From IMG/VR virus record IMGVR_UViG_3300048623_000036, positions 1 to 52,138 of that record: 52,138 bases of DNA; one strand, written 5' to 3'. Positions within the stretch are counted from its first letter, which is position 1; each line of letters begins with the position of its first letter. Source of the DNA: a virus. Taxonomy: Duplodnaviria > Caudoviricetes. Positions 34,913 to 44,640 of the stretch are shown here, in pieces. Made by a program: the position numbers and the translations under genes. Under the pieces are notes generated by a model, which was not told where the DNA came from, did not search any database, and saw nothing but the letters and a program-made list of their open reading frames with translations.

Positions 34913-35122
34913 TTACCCCTGTGCTTGCTTATTACGTTCCATCTCTGCTCGCTCATTCTGTGCTGACAGTACACACTCGATCATATACACATGTAGTGCA
35001 TCCTGATCAAGTAGGCCACCAGCTTGAGGTAGAACGTGTAGTGCTTGGCAGAGGTTAGTCATCGTGATCGCTTGTGCTACCACTGCATCGGGCTTGCGAG
35101 TCAGAACGATCGAGGCCCTCAC
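34913..35122 (-). CDS. Tail assembly chaperone, frameshift extension (G-T)
   Basis: Lies in the -1 frame of 35119..35541; LPQAGGLLDQD motif. Confidence 0.8.
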   Translation of the reverse strand: MRASIVLTRKPDAVVAQAITMTNLCQALHVLPQAGGLLDQDALHVYMIECVLSAQNERAEMERNKQAQG

Positions 35123-35541
35123 CCGGTCAAAAAATCGCCGTCCTCCGTGTTCAGGTTCTTCTCGAAGTTGTTCAGCTCGTCGATGAGGACGGAGATCTCC
35201 TCACCAATGCGAGGGTCGAGCCTCTTGATGTTCTCTTGCTGAGTGAGGTCGAGCTTCTGGCCGTTCTCGTCTTGCAGGTTGTGATCAACCAGACAGGTAC
35301 GGAAGTCGAAGACAGTCGACACCATAGCCAGCATGTCGATCTCAGCCTTCGCACCCTTACTCCGACGCTGCTGACGGTTGCCTCCTCCACCCCCACCCAT
35401 CTCCATGGTCATCTTCATCGCCAGCTCCTGGCGCTGCTGCTTCTCGCCATACGACATACGACGAAGCATGACCCAGCCTTCAGGAAGGGTCTCGAGTTGG
35501 ATCTGTTCCCCTGGGCTCTGGTCCACAGTTGCACGGGGCAT
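35119..35541 (-). CDS. Tail assembly chaperone
   Basis: Between the major tail and TMP genes; slippery site at its end. Confidence 0.85.
   Translation of the reverse strand: MPRATVDQSPGEQIQLETLPEGWVMLRRMSYGEKQQRQELAMKMTMEMGGGGGGNRQQRRSKGAKAEIDMLAMVSTVFDFRTCLVDHNLQDENGQKLDLTQQENIKRLDPRIGEEISVLIDELNNFEKNLNTEDGDFLTG
35128..35134 (-). other. Programmed -1 frameshift slippery site T TTT TTG
   Basis: GAT TTT TTG just before the chaperone stop; the -1 frame is open. Confidence 0.8.
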
Positions 35542-35740
35542 TTCTACTCCTAGGTTCTTAGTAGCGTCTCTAGTGTCTGTTCTTTGTCTAACCGGTTTAG
35601 ACTTTAGTTAGACGAACAAACCCGGGCTCTAGATACAACTACTACGGGCTGATCTGACAAGCTGGTTAGACTCTAGTATAGACGCGGGTAGTGCTTGGAC
35701 ACCGATACCACAGGGCACATTGAAGCGCTTGAAGGTTCAC

Positions 35741-36682
35741 TTACGTGATATCGACAGTTGCCTTGATGGTGACCTTGTATGCAGCTGTCGCAGTCGCATC
35801 GTATGTGCCCATGTAGTTGATGGCTGCACGCACCAGATCGCCTTGCGACGAAAGGTTCATCACGTAGGTGTCCTTGATTGCTGCAGCCATGTCGATCTGG
35901 ATGCTCTCGTTTGCAGACTTCGATGCGAGAAGCTTGATGGCTTGCGACGTGAGAGCCTTGAAGGCGTCGTACTCAGTACGCGTGAGGAAGTCACGTTCCA
36001 TGGCAAGCGTGACGGAGCGCTCGCCGTACTTCATGAACTGGGCGCCACGACCGGTGTTCTTCAGACGAAACTGTGGCTCTGCGTTGTCTGCGACCGAGAA
36101 GGTGAACGAGTCCGCATCGAAGACCTGAGTCGTGGTAGGAATCTCGATCGTGTACTCGCCTGCACCAAACGGCTGAGTCTGTCCACCGGTCCATGCGGGC
36201 GTAGGAAGCGTCTGAGCTGACTCGTCTGAGCCGACGATGTTCCACGTCGTCTTGAGCAGACCGTCTTCGACAGTGTAGTTGAACCCCGACACAACGCAGC
36301 CAGTGTAGCCGAAGATCTCACCATCGCGTACGATGGTGATTGATGCCGTCGCCGCAGCAACAGCGTTGGCGTTGGGAGTAAAAGCGTACGTCCACGGAGA
36401 GGCAGCACCCGTCTTGACGAGGGTCGCACGGGAGATCTTGTGGAAGTACACGTTCTTGTCGGAGAAGGCTTCCATCGTGATGTCACCGGCGATGTTCACG
36501 TTACCAGGTACACCACCGAGCACGTCGACGTTCTGCCTGATCGGACGACGCCAGACAGTAGCCTGTGGACGTGCCAAGCTCTCTGACAGGAACGGGATGT
36601 AGATTGTTGGAGCCTGGTACGTGCCAGAGACAGTCTCAATGGCGAAACCGAGGAACCCACCGCCACCGATGCCGTAAGCCAC
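35741..36682 (-). CDS. Major tail (tube) protein
   Basis: GFAIETVSGT, GDITME, YTGCVV patterns; synteny. Confidence 0.85.
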   Translation of the reverse strand: MAYGIGGGGFLGFAIETVSGTYQAPTIYIPFLSESLARPQATVWRRPIRQNVDVLGGVPGNVNIAGDITMEAFSDKNVYFHKISRATLVKTGAASPWTYAFTPNANAVAAATASITIVRDGEIFGYTGCVVSGFNYTVEDGLLKTTWNIVGSDESAQTLPTPAWTGGQTQPFGAGEYTIEIPTTTQVFDADSFTFSVADNAEPQFRLKNTGRGAQFMKYGERSVTLAMERDFLTRTEYDAFKALTSQAIKLLASKSANESIQIDMAAAIKDTYVMNLSSQGDLVRAAINYMGTYDATATAAYKVTIKATVDIT

Positions 36683-36699
36683 TTCAAACCACCTTCTTA

Positions 36700-36927
36700 C
36701 TATTCGACTACGATGAGTTCACAACCGTCAGGGACTAACAGGAATGAGAAAGGCATGTGTGCGACACGCTCGAAGCCAGCAACCCTTTCAGGGTCAACAT
36801 CGTACGTGCCCATATTTGCTAGCTCACCAACCCAGCTAACACCGACAATCATGCCTGGAGCAACGTCAGGCACTTGAACGATGATCTGATAGGTTCGAGC
36901 AAAGTCTTCAGGTGCGTAGTCCGTCAT
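36700..36927 (-). CDS. Hypothetical virion-module protein
   Basis: Coupled ORF. Confidence 0.6.
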   Translation of the reverse strand: MTDYAPEDFARTYQIIVQVPDVAPGMIVGVSWVGELANMGTYDVDPERVAGFERVAHMPFSFLLVPDGCELIVVE

Positions 36928-37403
36928 TGGTTGTACCCCGGGCTCATAGGTAGCATCGTCTTGCTGAAGGCTTCCACAGTTAGTCGAGATGCACGGAACT
37001 GTGTAGTGGTCGTGTTGACCAACCGAGTGATCTCACCGGCATCGATCGAACTAACCAGACTGTGGATTACGAGACCCCCCAGTGTAGGATCCTTGTGAAT
37101 CTCTGCCTCCAACGCCTCAGCGAGTTGGTCCACTTCCTCGCTGTTCTTCTGAACGTCCTGCACCTTGCTGTGATACAGAACCATGAAGCACTTCAAGTTG
37201 TTGCGTGAACGACGAGGTGCCCCTTCGATCTCGCGCGTCTTACCATCCGCTACCACGCACAGAGTAGGTGTGGTAGGAATCTGCTGCTGGTCGCCGTAGT
37301 AGATGGCAGCGATCCCTAGGTCTTCCTTTACATCTTCAGCAATAGTCTGAAGCTTCTTGGCAAAGACGTAGAAGCTGTCAGTAGCTCCACCGGGTGCTGT
37401 CAT
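36924..37403 (-). CDS. Tail terminator-like protein
   Basis: DPTLGGLV motif; synteny. Confidence 0.7.
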   Translation of the reverse strand: MTAPGGATDSFYVFAKKLQTIAEDVKEDLGIAAIYYGDQQQIPTTPTLCVVADGKTREIEGAPRRSRNNLKCFMVLYHSKVQDVQKNSEEVDQLAEALEAEIHKDPTLGGLVIHSLVSSIDAGEITRLVNTTTTQFRASRLTVEAFSKTMLPMSPGYNQ

Positions 37404-38062
37404 GTAGCCCTCACCGCCAGAGCAACTAGTACAGCCAGCTGCTCAGTCAGCCACTGATCGAAGATCTCCATCACTGCATCTTCATCTTCTGGCTGGAACA
37501 TGACGAAGGGGCGTGCTGGAATGTTGACCGCGGCTCCTCCAGAGCTTCCTCTACCTGAAAGGATCTTCTTGTCGAGATCAGCCATGGCAGCCTTAGCCGC
37601 CATAGCAGGGGAGAGACCCTTCTTCATCCCTGCCTTGACCTTACGACCCATGCCGCCGTAGCCCTCTTGGTGAACATTGCCATAGCTCACAGAGGCAGGT
37701 AGTGCCTTAACCGCTGCGAAGACATCAGTGACTGACCAGAGACTCTCCTGGGTCACTGCATGTTCTAATGCGCCCGTCTTGTGAAGGAGTCGACCAGCAC
37801 TTCCTCCACCCATACGAGTACGAATCATCTTGGTAGCTTCCGACATGGGAACCCAACTGGGACGACCCTCAGCTGCGAAGTTCTTCCTGAAGGAAGGGAT
37901 CATCACTTCCTTGATGGACCTTTGCAGAGGTTCCTTGAAGGAGGATAGACTCATACCTAGGAGCTCGATGTCACGAGCGAGGATGCCGATCGAAGGTTTG
38001 AATTCAAAGCTGACGATACCTGAGTCAAGCCGGAGACCACTCAACAGCGCCACAGGTATCAC
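37400..38062 (-). CDS. Virion morphogenesis/tail completion protein (Mu gpG-like)
   Basis: F..EGRP.W, L..TG.L, YGNVHQEG, IPARPF. Confidence 0.85.
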   Translation of the reverse strand: MIPVALLSGLRLDSGIVSFEFKPSIGILARDIELLGMSLSSFKEPLQRSIKEVMIPSFRKNFAAEGRPSWVPMSEATKMIRTRMGGGSAGRLLHKTGALEHAVTQESLWSVTDVFAAVKALPASVSYGNVHQEGYGGMGRKVKAGMKKGLSPAMAAKAAMADLDKKILSGRGSSGGAAVNIPARPFVMFQPEDEDAVMEIFDQWLTEQLAVLVALAVRAT

Positions 38063-38068
38063 CTCGCA

Positions 38069-38524
38069 TTAGTAGACCTGACCCATTGAGAACTTCGCAT
38101 CACCAAGCGACCGGTCTGAATCGGTCGGAGTGAGTGAGGAAGAGACGTCATTGGGATAGTAGCCTGGATCCTCGATGCTAGGTACGATGACTCCAGGGAT
38201 AACGATCGAGCCGTCGATGATACCTTGAATCAGAGATTCGGCTTCTGCACGAAGAAGCACTGCGTAGTCGTTGAGTGCTTCCTGCTCTTCGGAGTACTGC
38301 CTGTCGTAGAACCACGCCACGTACTGCATGGCGATGACAGTCTTGACGATCGAAGGTGTAGTTGCAGACGAGACCCAGGTACCAACGTCGTCGGGGTAGG
38401 CTACTATCAGCCGCGCCAGTACCCGGGTCTCGATCTGATCGACCAGCTCAGAATCCAACTGCGCAATCGGGAGCTTGGTCTTCTCAGACCAAGCTTGCGC
38501 GTCTTGCGGCTGGATCCTGGGCAT
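38069..38524 (-). CDS. Head-to-tail adaptor (Mu gp36-like)
   Basis: TP.IVK...AW.Y, I.DG.I pattern; synteny. Confidence 0.7.
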   Translation of the reverse strand: MPRIQPQDAQAWSEKTKLPIAQLDSELVDQIETRVLARLIVAYPDDVGTWVSSATTPSIVKTVIAMQYVAWFYDRQYSEEQEALNDYAVLLRAEAESLIQGIIDGSIVIPGVIVPSIEDPGYYPNDVSSSLTPTDSDRSLGDAKFSMGQVY

Positions 38525-38533
38525 GACCGCCTC

Positions 38534-38941
38534 CTACTTCTTCTCTTCTGTCTTCGGAGGAGTGCCGCCCGTGTCGGTGGCCTTCTGTTCCGAAGTTCGC
38601 TGCGGAGGCACGTTGGGATCCTGCACTACCGGACCCCCCTCCGTCTTGTACTCGTCGACCGCTGCCTTGGCCTCTTCCTCTCGGAGCTCCTGCAGAGCCT
38701 TGACGACCTTGCGGCCTGCAGGAGTGTCAGGGATGTCAGCCAGCGAGAAGCTGTTGGAAACGCCGGGGAGGTTCTGCTTCAGGTAGAAGAGTTCCTTCTC
38801 CTTGATGATCGAACCCGACTCCTCCAGCTCTTCCATCACGTCCTCAGGAAGACCCTTGACCTCCATGCCCTCCTGGATGTTGACGACACTGTCGCCGTCA
38901 CCGTGTTTGATGTTCGTGGTGGCGATCCACGTGTCAGCCAT
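38534..38941 (-). CDS. Hypothetical head-associated protein
   Basis: AAGGAG RBS; follows the major capsid gene. Confidence 0.65.
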   Translation of the reverse strand: MADTWIATTNIKHGDGDSVVNIQEGMEVKGLPEDVMEELEESGSIIKEKELFYLKQNLPGVSNSFSLADIPDTPAGRKVVKALQELREEEAKAAVDEYKTEGGPVVQDPNVPPQRTSEQKATDTGGTPPKTEEKK

Positions 38942-38954
38942 GCGCTTCAGCTCC

Positions 38955-39947
38955 TTACGGGATGGCACTCTTGATCAGGTATGCCGTGATGAGAAGGTTG
39001 TCGCCCTCGTGCCCGACCAACTTCAGGTCGTAGCGACGCGAGCAGCGGATGAGGTCCGACTTGCGAGGGTCTTCCCTCCATCGGTCGACCTGCTGTGCCT
39101 GCGCACCGTAGCCCCACACGAACTCATAGCCGAAGCCGATGGCACGAGGCGAAGGGCGCGGAGGAACGTAGGCGAGGATGACGTCCTTGCCCCACAGGTA
39201 AGTGATGTTGGCGGAGGTAGCCGCCACACCAGCTGCCGCAGTGGAGTAACCGGTTCCCGGCACGACCACGTTGGGCAGGCCGAGGATCGATGCGATGATC
39301 TCCTCGGTCAGGATGCCACGCTCGGAGTACTTGATTCGCTCGATGAAGTCCGGGTGGTCCTCCAGGTTCGACATCACCAGCCACGGGATGAGAGCGAAGT
39401 TCGGAGGCGAGAACAGCTTCGAGTGGATCGTACGAACACCCGTGCGGATGTCACCGATCGGGTTGGAGGTCGCGTAGTTGGCGACGTCCCACTGAGCCGT
39501 ACCGGAGAGCGTCACCGAATGACCCGCGGCGTAGTTCGACGCGTTGGTAGCCATGTCCTTCATGGCCTTCTCACGCCCGAGGATGATGCGCTCGGTGACG
39601 AGCTCCACTGCGTCCTGATCGGGCGTGAGAGGAACGTCGACGTTCGTACGCTCTTCGTCGGTCACCGCGATCTGCAGCGAGTGCTCGTTCGCGTAGTAGG
39701 TGTCCACCGACACCTGACGACCGGGGATTTCGTTGGCAACCGTGCCAGGTGCACGGATGTCGTGAATCTCCAGCTTGGTCGTCTCACGGTCGAACACGTA
39801 GTACTTGTCCGACTGCTTCTTGACGTTGACCGCCGGGAAGAGCATGGGCCCGGCGAAGTTCTTGTTGATCGGCCACTCGATGGAGATCTCGGTGAGAACC
39901 TTGTCGATGTGGACGTTGCCGGAACCTGTCGGCGAGTAAACTGCCAT
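38955..39947 (-). CDS. Major capsid protein
   Basis: 330 aa, very high GC3, LSGTAQW...SNPIGD; synteny. Confidence 0.9.
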   Translation of the reverse strand: MAVYSPTGSGNVHIDKVLTEISIEWPINKNFAGPMLFPAVNVKKQSDKYYVFDRETTKLEIHDIRAPGTVANEIPGRQVSVDTYYANEHSLQIAVTDEERTNVDVPLTPDQDAVELVTERIILGREKAMKDMATNASNYAAGHSVTLSGTAQWDVANYATSNPIGDIRTGVRTIHSKLFSPPNFALIPWLVMSNLEDHPDFIERIKYSERGILTEEIIASILGLPNVVVPGTGYSTAAAGVAATSANITYLWGKDVILAYVPPRPSPRAIGFGYEFVWGYGAQAQQVDRWREDPRKSDLIRCSRRYDLKLVGHEGDNLLITAYLIKSAIP

Positions 39948-39965
39948 TGTGCCTCCTCCCTATTC

Positions 39966-40394
39966 CTAGGCGGCCTGCGCGCCCATCGGCGCCAGCCACA
40001 CGTCGAAGTACTGATCCGTCGCGGTCGTAGCCGTCATGGCCTTGCCAACGATGTTGGTACCTGCCGAGGTTGCCGACGCGACGAACTTGCCTGCCGAGTC
40101 GATCGTCACAGGAGCACCAACAGTGATGGCACCACCTGAGACAGCCCTAGAGATACCAGCCATACGGACGTTGACCGTAGCCTTGCCCGTCGCGACCTTA
40201 GCGGCATCGATGGTCTCCTGGAAAACACCCAGGAACATTTCACCACCGGTGGCCACGATGTTGGCTGCGACTGCTGTCTTGACGAATCGACCATCCTTGG
40301 TACGATCGAGCGCCGCAGCGAGACCGAACGTGACGGTGGAGCCGGTGTTGACCAGATAACCCTTATCGAGTCCCTGGAAGTTAGGACCAGCCAT
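39966..40394 (-). CDS. Capsid decoration/cement protein (DUF2190-like)
   Basis: GAITVGAPV...G, IVGKAM; between the scaffold and MCP genes. Confidence 0.75.
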   Translation of the reverse strand: MAGPNFQGLDKGYLVNTGSTVTFGLAAALDRTKDGRFVKTAVAANIVATGGEMFLGVFQETIDAAKVATGKATVNVRMAGISRAVSGGAITVGAPVTIDSAGKFVASATSAGTNIVGKAMTATTATDQYFDVWLAPMGAQAA

Positions 40395-40410
40395 GTTTGC
40401 TTACCTCCCG

Positions 40411-41610
40411 TCAGTCGTTCTCGCCGGCCAGCGTGGCTGCCCGGTAGTCGTCGAACAGCTTGGGGTTCTCCGCCGAGACCTTCTGAACCGCCTCGGTGTA
40501 GGAGAGCTTCCCGCCGTCACGAGCTGCTGTGATGGCGTCGTCGAAGGCCCTCGTGGCGTTGGAACCGTTACCTGCGCGAGTGCCTCCGATCTCACCCAGC
40601 TGCACAGTCGCAGTACCTGCAGTGACCTTCTCGAGCAGACTGACGAACTTGTCACCCAGCTGCTTCGGGACGCCGATCATGATCTCGCGAGCTTCCGCAC
40701 GGATCGCGGGGGACAGAACGACCTTCGCACCGTTCGTCTCATCCGCGAGCTGCAGGAGCTTGTTGTCTGCGTCCTGGAACTTGTTGGCCGTGACGAGCAC
40801 GTCGATCGTCTTCTGCGCGTCAGCAAGCTGCGTTGCCTGAGCATCCGCGATCTCAGCCAGCTTGACCAGGAAGGGATCCTTCTTCTGGTCGTCGGAGAGC
40901 GTCTGCGACAGAGTCGACGGAGGATCCGTCTTCGGCGGATCCATGACGGCAGGCGGGTCGGTCACGGGAGGCTCGGTCACGGGAGGCGCAGTCTTGGCGG
41001 CCTCAACAGCTGCGACGATCTCCTCAGGAGTGGCCTTCTCCGGGTCCAGGCCGTGCTTCTTGGCGAGCTCCGCCATGGCCTCATCCGCGGATAGCTTCTT
41101 CAGCGAATCTGGCACGGAATCACCCTCTTTGTGCGCATTCTCGAACACCTCGGATAGGTTGATGGGCAAGATGTCCTTCAAGAAAGGACGGTTGGTCAAA
41201 GCCCCACCCAACAGTACGTCCTTGTGAACGGCCTGCGTCTTGGGGTGCTTCCATTCATCTACATACTCAGGACTGAAGTAGCGATACTCCTTGTCCCTGA
41301 GCTTCTGCCTAGCCGCTGGGGTCCAGTCGACTTGGATCCAGAGGCCATCTTGACGTGCCTCGGCCGCCTTGACCCACCCCGCAGCATGATCGACACGCTT
41401 CTTGTGGTCGTAGTCGATGTCAGGCTCTTTGTCGATGACCCTATGCATCACACTCTCAGCGAATGCGTTTACACGCTCAGGAGTGATCTTCAGTTCACCG
41501 TATTGAGGGTGCTGGTACGTACCCAGTGGCAACGCCTGGAGCCAGGTAGGACCTTCATCAGCCAGAGTGACACTCTGCAGATCTACCCAGAATCCTACCG
41601 TCTGAGACAT
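40411..41610 (-). CDS. Mu-like prohead protease/scaffold
   Basis: DYDH, AAGW, WT, YRYFSPE, ALTNRPF; helical C-terminus. Confidence 0.92.
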   Translation of the reverse strand: MSQTVGFWVDLQSVTLADEGPTWLQALPLGTYQHPQYGELKITPERVNAFAESVMHRVIDKEPDIDYDHKKRVDHAAGWVKAAEARQDGLWIQVDWTPAARQKLRDKEYRYFSPEYVDEWKHPKTQAVHKDVLLGGALTNRPFLKDILPINLSEVFENAHKEGDSVPDSLKKLSADEAMAELAKKHGLDPEKATPEEIVAAVEAAKTAPPVTEPPVTDPPAVMDPPKTDPPSTLSQTLSDDQKKDPFLVKLAEIADAQATQLADAQKTIDVLVTANKFQDADNKLLQLADETNGAKVVLSPAIRAEAREIMIGVPKQLGDKFVSLLEKVTAGTATVQLGEIGGTRAGNGSNATRAFDDAITAARDGGKLSYTEAVQKVSAENPKLFDDYRAATLAGEND

Positions 41611-41633
41611 AATCGCACCTCTCTTCTATCGTT

Positions 41634-41663
41634 ATGATACATCACACCAGTGAGTGTACGCAA
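41634..41663 (-). promoter_or_regulatory. Late promoter of the capsid operon
   Basis: agTTGCGT-N18-TATCAT, same -35 as the promoter at 48469-48498. Confidence 0.7.
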
Positions 41664-41673
41664 CTAACCGGTA

Positions 41674-43287
41674 TCATACGGTAACATTGATAGTAGAACT
41701 GTCCCCACGACCTACAGCGATGGGATACTGTGATCCTTCACCCACTACTGCCGAGTAGACGTTCTTACCCACACTCACGGCCACAACAGTGACCTGTGTA
41801 CCGACAATGAAAGTCGCAAATGACGTGGCACTAAAGGTGAGCGCCCCCAGTTGGAGCTGTACGGCACTTAACGTAAAGGTAGAGTTCCCCTGTAGTACAA
41901 ACACACCGAGCTTCAGGACTATAGCGCCAACAGTCAGTGTGGAGCCCGCTACAAGTACGAGTGCACCCTGCTTCTGCAGAGTTCCCGTTAGCGACAGTGT
42001 GGAGCTTGCAGAGAAAGTAACCTGTGCAGGCTTAACCAATAACCCGGTAAGGCTTAGACTGGAGTCAGCCTGCAGGGAAAGAGCTGCAGAGACTTGACCA
42101 CCTGCAGATACGTTGAAGAAGGATGTAGCAGCCAATGACAGCGCTAACATGAAGATCTGTCGAGCTGTCAGTGAGAGTGTCGAGTCAGCTGTGAGACTGA
42201 GAGCTCCAACCCTAACCGTAGTAGCAGTCAGGGTGAGCGTCGAATCAGCCGCAAAGGTAATCTGTGCAGGCCTCTGAACGATAGATCCAAAGGTCGCCGT
42301 AGAGTCTGCTGTAAAGGTTGCCTGAGCCACTCTAACTGGTGTAGCACCGAACGTCGCAGTACTGTCTGCACCGAACGTCACTGCTGCAGGTACTGTAGCT
42401 CCCGCAGAGACACCGAATGTAGAGTCAGCAACCAACGAGAGAGCTGCCTTAGCCTGAAGCAATCCACCGAAGGTAGCAGTGGACGTAGCTGCAAAGCTTA
42501 CTGCACCCAAGGCCAATAGCAGAGCGCCAACAGTTAATGTTGAGCTGGCTGCGAGTGAGAGCGCACCAACCTTAACTATCGTACCGCCAACAGTAAGGGT
42601 AGAGTCGGCAGCAAAGCTGACCGTAGCCGTTACAGTACTGCCACCAGCAGCCAGCTTGAACTCGATGCCAACTGCCACCCACTTCTGACCGGTAGGTGCG
42701 CTGTACCCCAACGCGTCAGTGGTGGCTGTACCTGCATCAAGGTGGTGGAAGAAGTACCAGCTGTACTGGCCTGAAGACATACTGACATCGTCTTCAGTAA
42801 TCGCACCTGCGTTAGTACGTGCAGTACGCGAGCTGTTAGAGACCGCATTCCAGTCACCGATAGCACCAATGACACAACTGTTAGCAGCTGTCTCAGTGAT
42901 GTTGTACGACGATCCCGTTCCAGTGCCGTTGGTGGAGACAGTCGCACCCACACCAGACGTACCAGTGATAACGAAGCAGTTCGCATGCCACTGGTTAGAT
43001 GTAGCTGACCTGGCGATCGTGAGGGTTGATGTCTGACCTGATCCCACACCACCAGTAGTATACCAACCGTTGATCCAGCAGTTCTGCCCGATATTGACGG
43101 GAGTCATCGCTGTCCAGGACAGCCCCGTACCACCAGTCGGCGCAGTGATGTTCGTAGTCTGGTCAGCAGTAATGCCGGCGACGAAGACATAATCGCCGGC
43201 ACCCATGACCACGTTGTTGAAGGTCTTCGGCGTGGTCGTAGTACTACCTGCGGCCGATGGGCCATACATCGTAACAGTCAAGGCCAC
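41674..43287 (-). CDS. Beta-rich repeat fibre-like virion protein
   Basis: 14 tandem 20-aa repeats after an N-terminal beta-rich domain. Confidence 0.7.
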   Translation of the reverse strand: MALTVTMYGPSAAGSTTTTPKTFNNVVMGAGDYVFVAGITADQTTNITAPTGGTGLSWTAMTPVNIGQNCWINGWYTTGGVGSGQTSTLTIARSATSNQWHANCFVITGTSGVGATVSTNGTGTGSSYNITETAANSCVIGAIGDWNAVSNSSRTARTNAGAITEDDVSMSSGQYSWYFFHHLDAGTATTDALGYSAPTGQKWVAVGIEFKLAAGGSTVTATVSFAADSTLTVGGTIVKVGALSLAASSTLTVGALLLALGAVSFAATSTATFGGLLQAKAALSLVADSTFGVSAGATVPAAVTFGADSTATFGATPVRVAQATFTADSTATFGSIVQRPAQITFAADSTLTLTATTVRVGALSLTADSTLSLTARQIFMLALSLAATSFFNVSAGGQVSAALSLQADSSLSLTGLLVKPAQVTFSASSTLSLTGTLQKQGALVLVAGSTLTVGAIVLKLGVFVLQGNSTFTLSAVQLQLGALTFSATSFATFIVGTQVTVVAVSVGKNVYSAVVGEGSQYPIAVGRGDSSTINVTV

Positions 43288-43303
43288 GCCGAGTCACCCC
43301 CTT

Positions 43304-43606
43304 CTAGAAGAAACCAGGACCCAGCGCCTTCTTGATGCTATTCCTGAACTGACGAACTGCAGGCAGAGTGACGTTGCCACGGTAGATCTGCTTCAGGAGG
43401 ATGAGGTCGTTCAGCATGGCTACGACGTCATCAGCCTCGGAGGCAGTGTAGCTGAATGGGGCTGCAGTGAACTGTGCCTGCGTAGGGTTGTTGCCCGTGG
43501 AGTCAGTGTGCTGGTCGATCGCCGCCATGACGCTCTCGAGCGACCTGGCGATTCGTCCGAGCGCCTCGTCCTCAGTCGCACGACTCTGTTGGATACCAAT
43601 TGCCAT
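43304..43606 (-). CDS. Hypothetical protein
   Basis: AAGGGGG RBS before ATG 43606. Confidence 0.65.
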   Translation of the reverse strand: MAIGIQQSRATEDEALGRIARSLESVMAAIDQHTDSTGNNPTQAQFTAAPFSYTASEADDVVAMLNDLILLKQIYRGNVTLPAVRQFRNSIKKALGPGFF

Positions 43607-43616
43607 TGCTGCCCCC

Positions 43617-44012
43617 TTACGTGAGCGCGAGCGTGATCTGACCCGATGGGAACTGAAGAGTGTCACCAGCACCCGTAGTCTTCGACGCAGCCAGAGCACC
43701 CCACCATGCACGACGAGGCGTACCGTTCGAGTCGTAAACCTCAGCAGACGTTGTCGTTGCGGCGGGCATGCCTGTGAAGTTGACTGCAGCATTCGAGGTG
43801 ATCGAGCCATTCGTACCTGTGGATGGAAGTGCTGCCGAGAGATCTTGCCGAGCGTACGAGCCACCCGTGACCTCAGTACCTGCCGCCGATGCCGAGCCAG
43901 TCGTAGTGTGCAACGACAGCTTCATCGGAGTGGTAGGAGCTGTGAAGGTGTTCTTACCAAGCGACGCTTCGAGGAGCCTGTTCGCTTCCGCCTGTGCGAG
44001 AGCAGCCATCAC
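43617..44012 (-). CDS. Conserved virion structural protein (fibre/decoration family)
   Basis: EANRLL...LSLHT...EVTGGSYARQ...F..G.I. Confidence 0.7.
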   Translation of the reverse strand: MMAALAQAEANRLLEASLGKNTFTAPTTPMKLSLHTTTGSASAAGTEVTGGSYARQDLSAALPSTGTNGSITSNAAVNFTGMPAATTTSAEVYDSNGTPRRAWWGALAASKTTGAGDTLQFPSGQITLALT

Positions 44013-44263
44013 TCACCACTCCCTCGGGCAGCGTCAGCTTCCATCTTCGCGACGAGGAGCGAGCGGAACTTATCGCCGATAATGCCGCGCACATAACCGG
44101 GGAGCGCCTCGAGCTCAGCACTACATGTTTCACAGCCAACGTTGGCGTGACAATCCTTGTGCCAGGAGATCCACGGCCTCGCTGGATCCGCCGTGTAGAC
44201 GTGACACTTGGGGTGATCGTCTGTCTGTCCACATCCTGTACAGGGATCGACAGGGTTTGTCAT
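44009..44263 (-). CDS. Cys/His-rich small protein
   Basis: CTGC, HPKCH, HKDCH, CETC. Confidence 0.7.
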   Translation of the reverse strand: MTNPVDPCTGCGQTDDHPKCHVYTADPARPWISWHKDCHANVGCETCSAELEALPGYVRGIIGDKFRSLLVAKMEADAARGSGE

Positions 44264-44274
44264 TGCGCCTCCTT

Positions 44275-44637
44275 CTACGTGGTAGTATCGGGTGACACGA
44301 ACACATCACCCTCAAGCATACGGATAAGCTGACCTGCAGGACCTGTAAGGAGAACGTCGTACTTTGCTTCGACATCAACCCAAGTCCAGGCCTTAGAAAC
44401 TGACCCTGCGATCTTGAACGTCACCCATCCATCAGCACCTAAGAGGATAGTTCCTCCAGCCGAAGTGAGCTCGTGCAAGAGCGTGCTAGAGTCCGTCGAG
44501 GGTCTGATCTGTGCCTTTGCAGTCCATCCAGAAGCAAGGTTCACAGGCAGTGCGGTGATGGGATCAGTTACCAGATTCTTCCGTTGGAAGTCAGCACCCT
44601 GATCGACCTTCCAATCTTCTGTACGTACAGCCATCAC
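44275..44637 (-). CDS. Ig-like virion protein
   Basis: DQGADF...AKAQIR...YDV...LEG pattern. Confidence 0.7.
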   Translation of the reverse strand: MMAVRTEDWKVDQGADFQRKNLVTDPITALPVNLASGWTAKAQIRPSTDSSTLLHELTSAGGTILLGADGWVTFKIAGSVSKAWTWVDVEAKYDVLLTGPAGQLIRMLEGDVFVSPDTTT

Positions 44638-44640
44638 TCA

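Noticed and set aside
38802-41637. Long + strand ORFs (445, 233 and 137 aa) opposite the capsid genes
   Set aside because: Antisense shadows of high-GC3 genes, with no RBS or motifs
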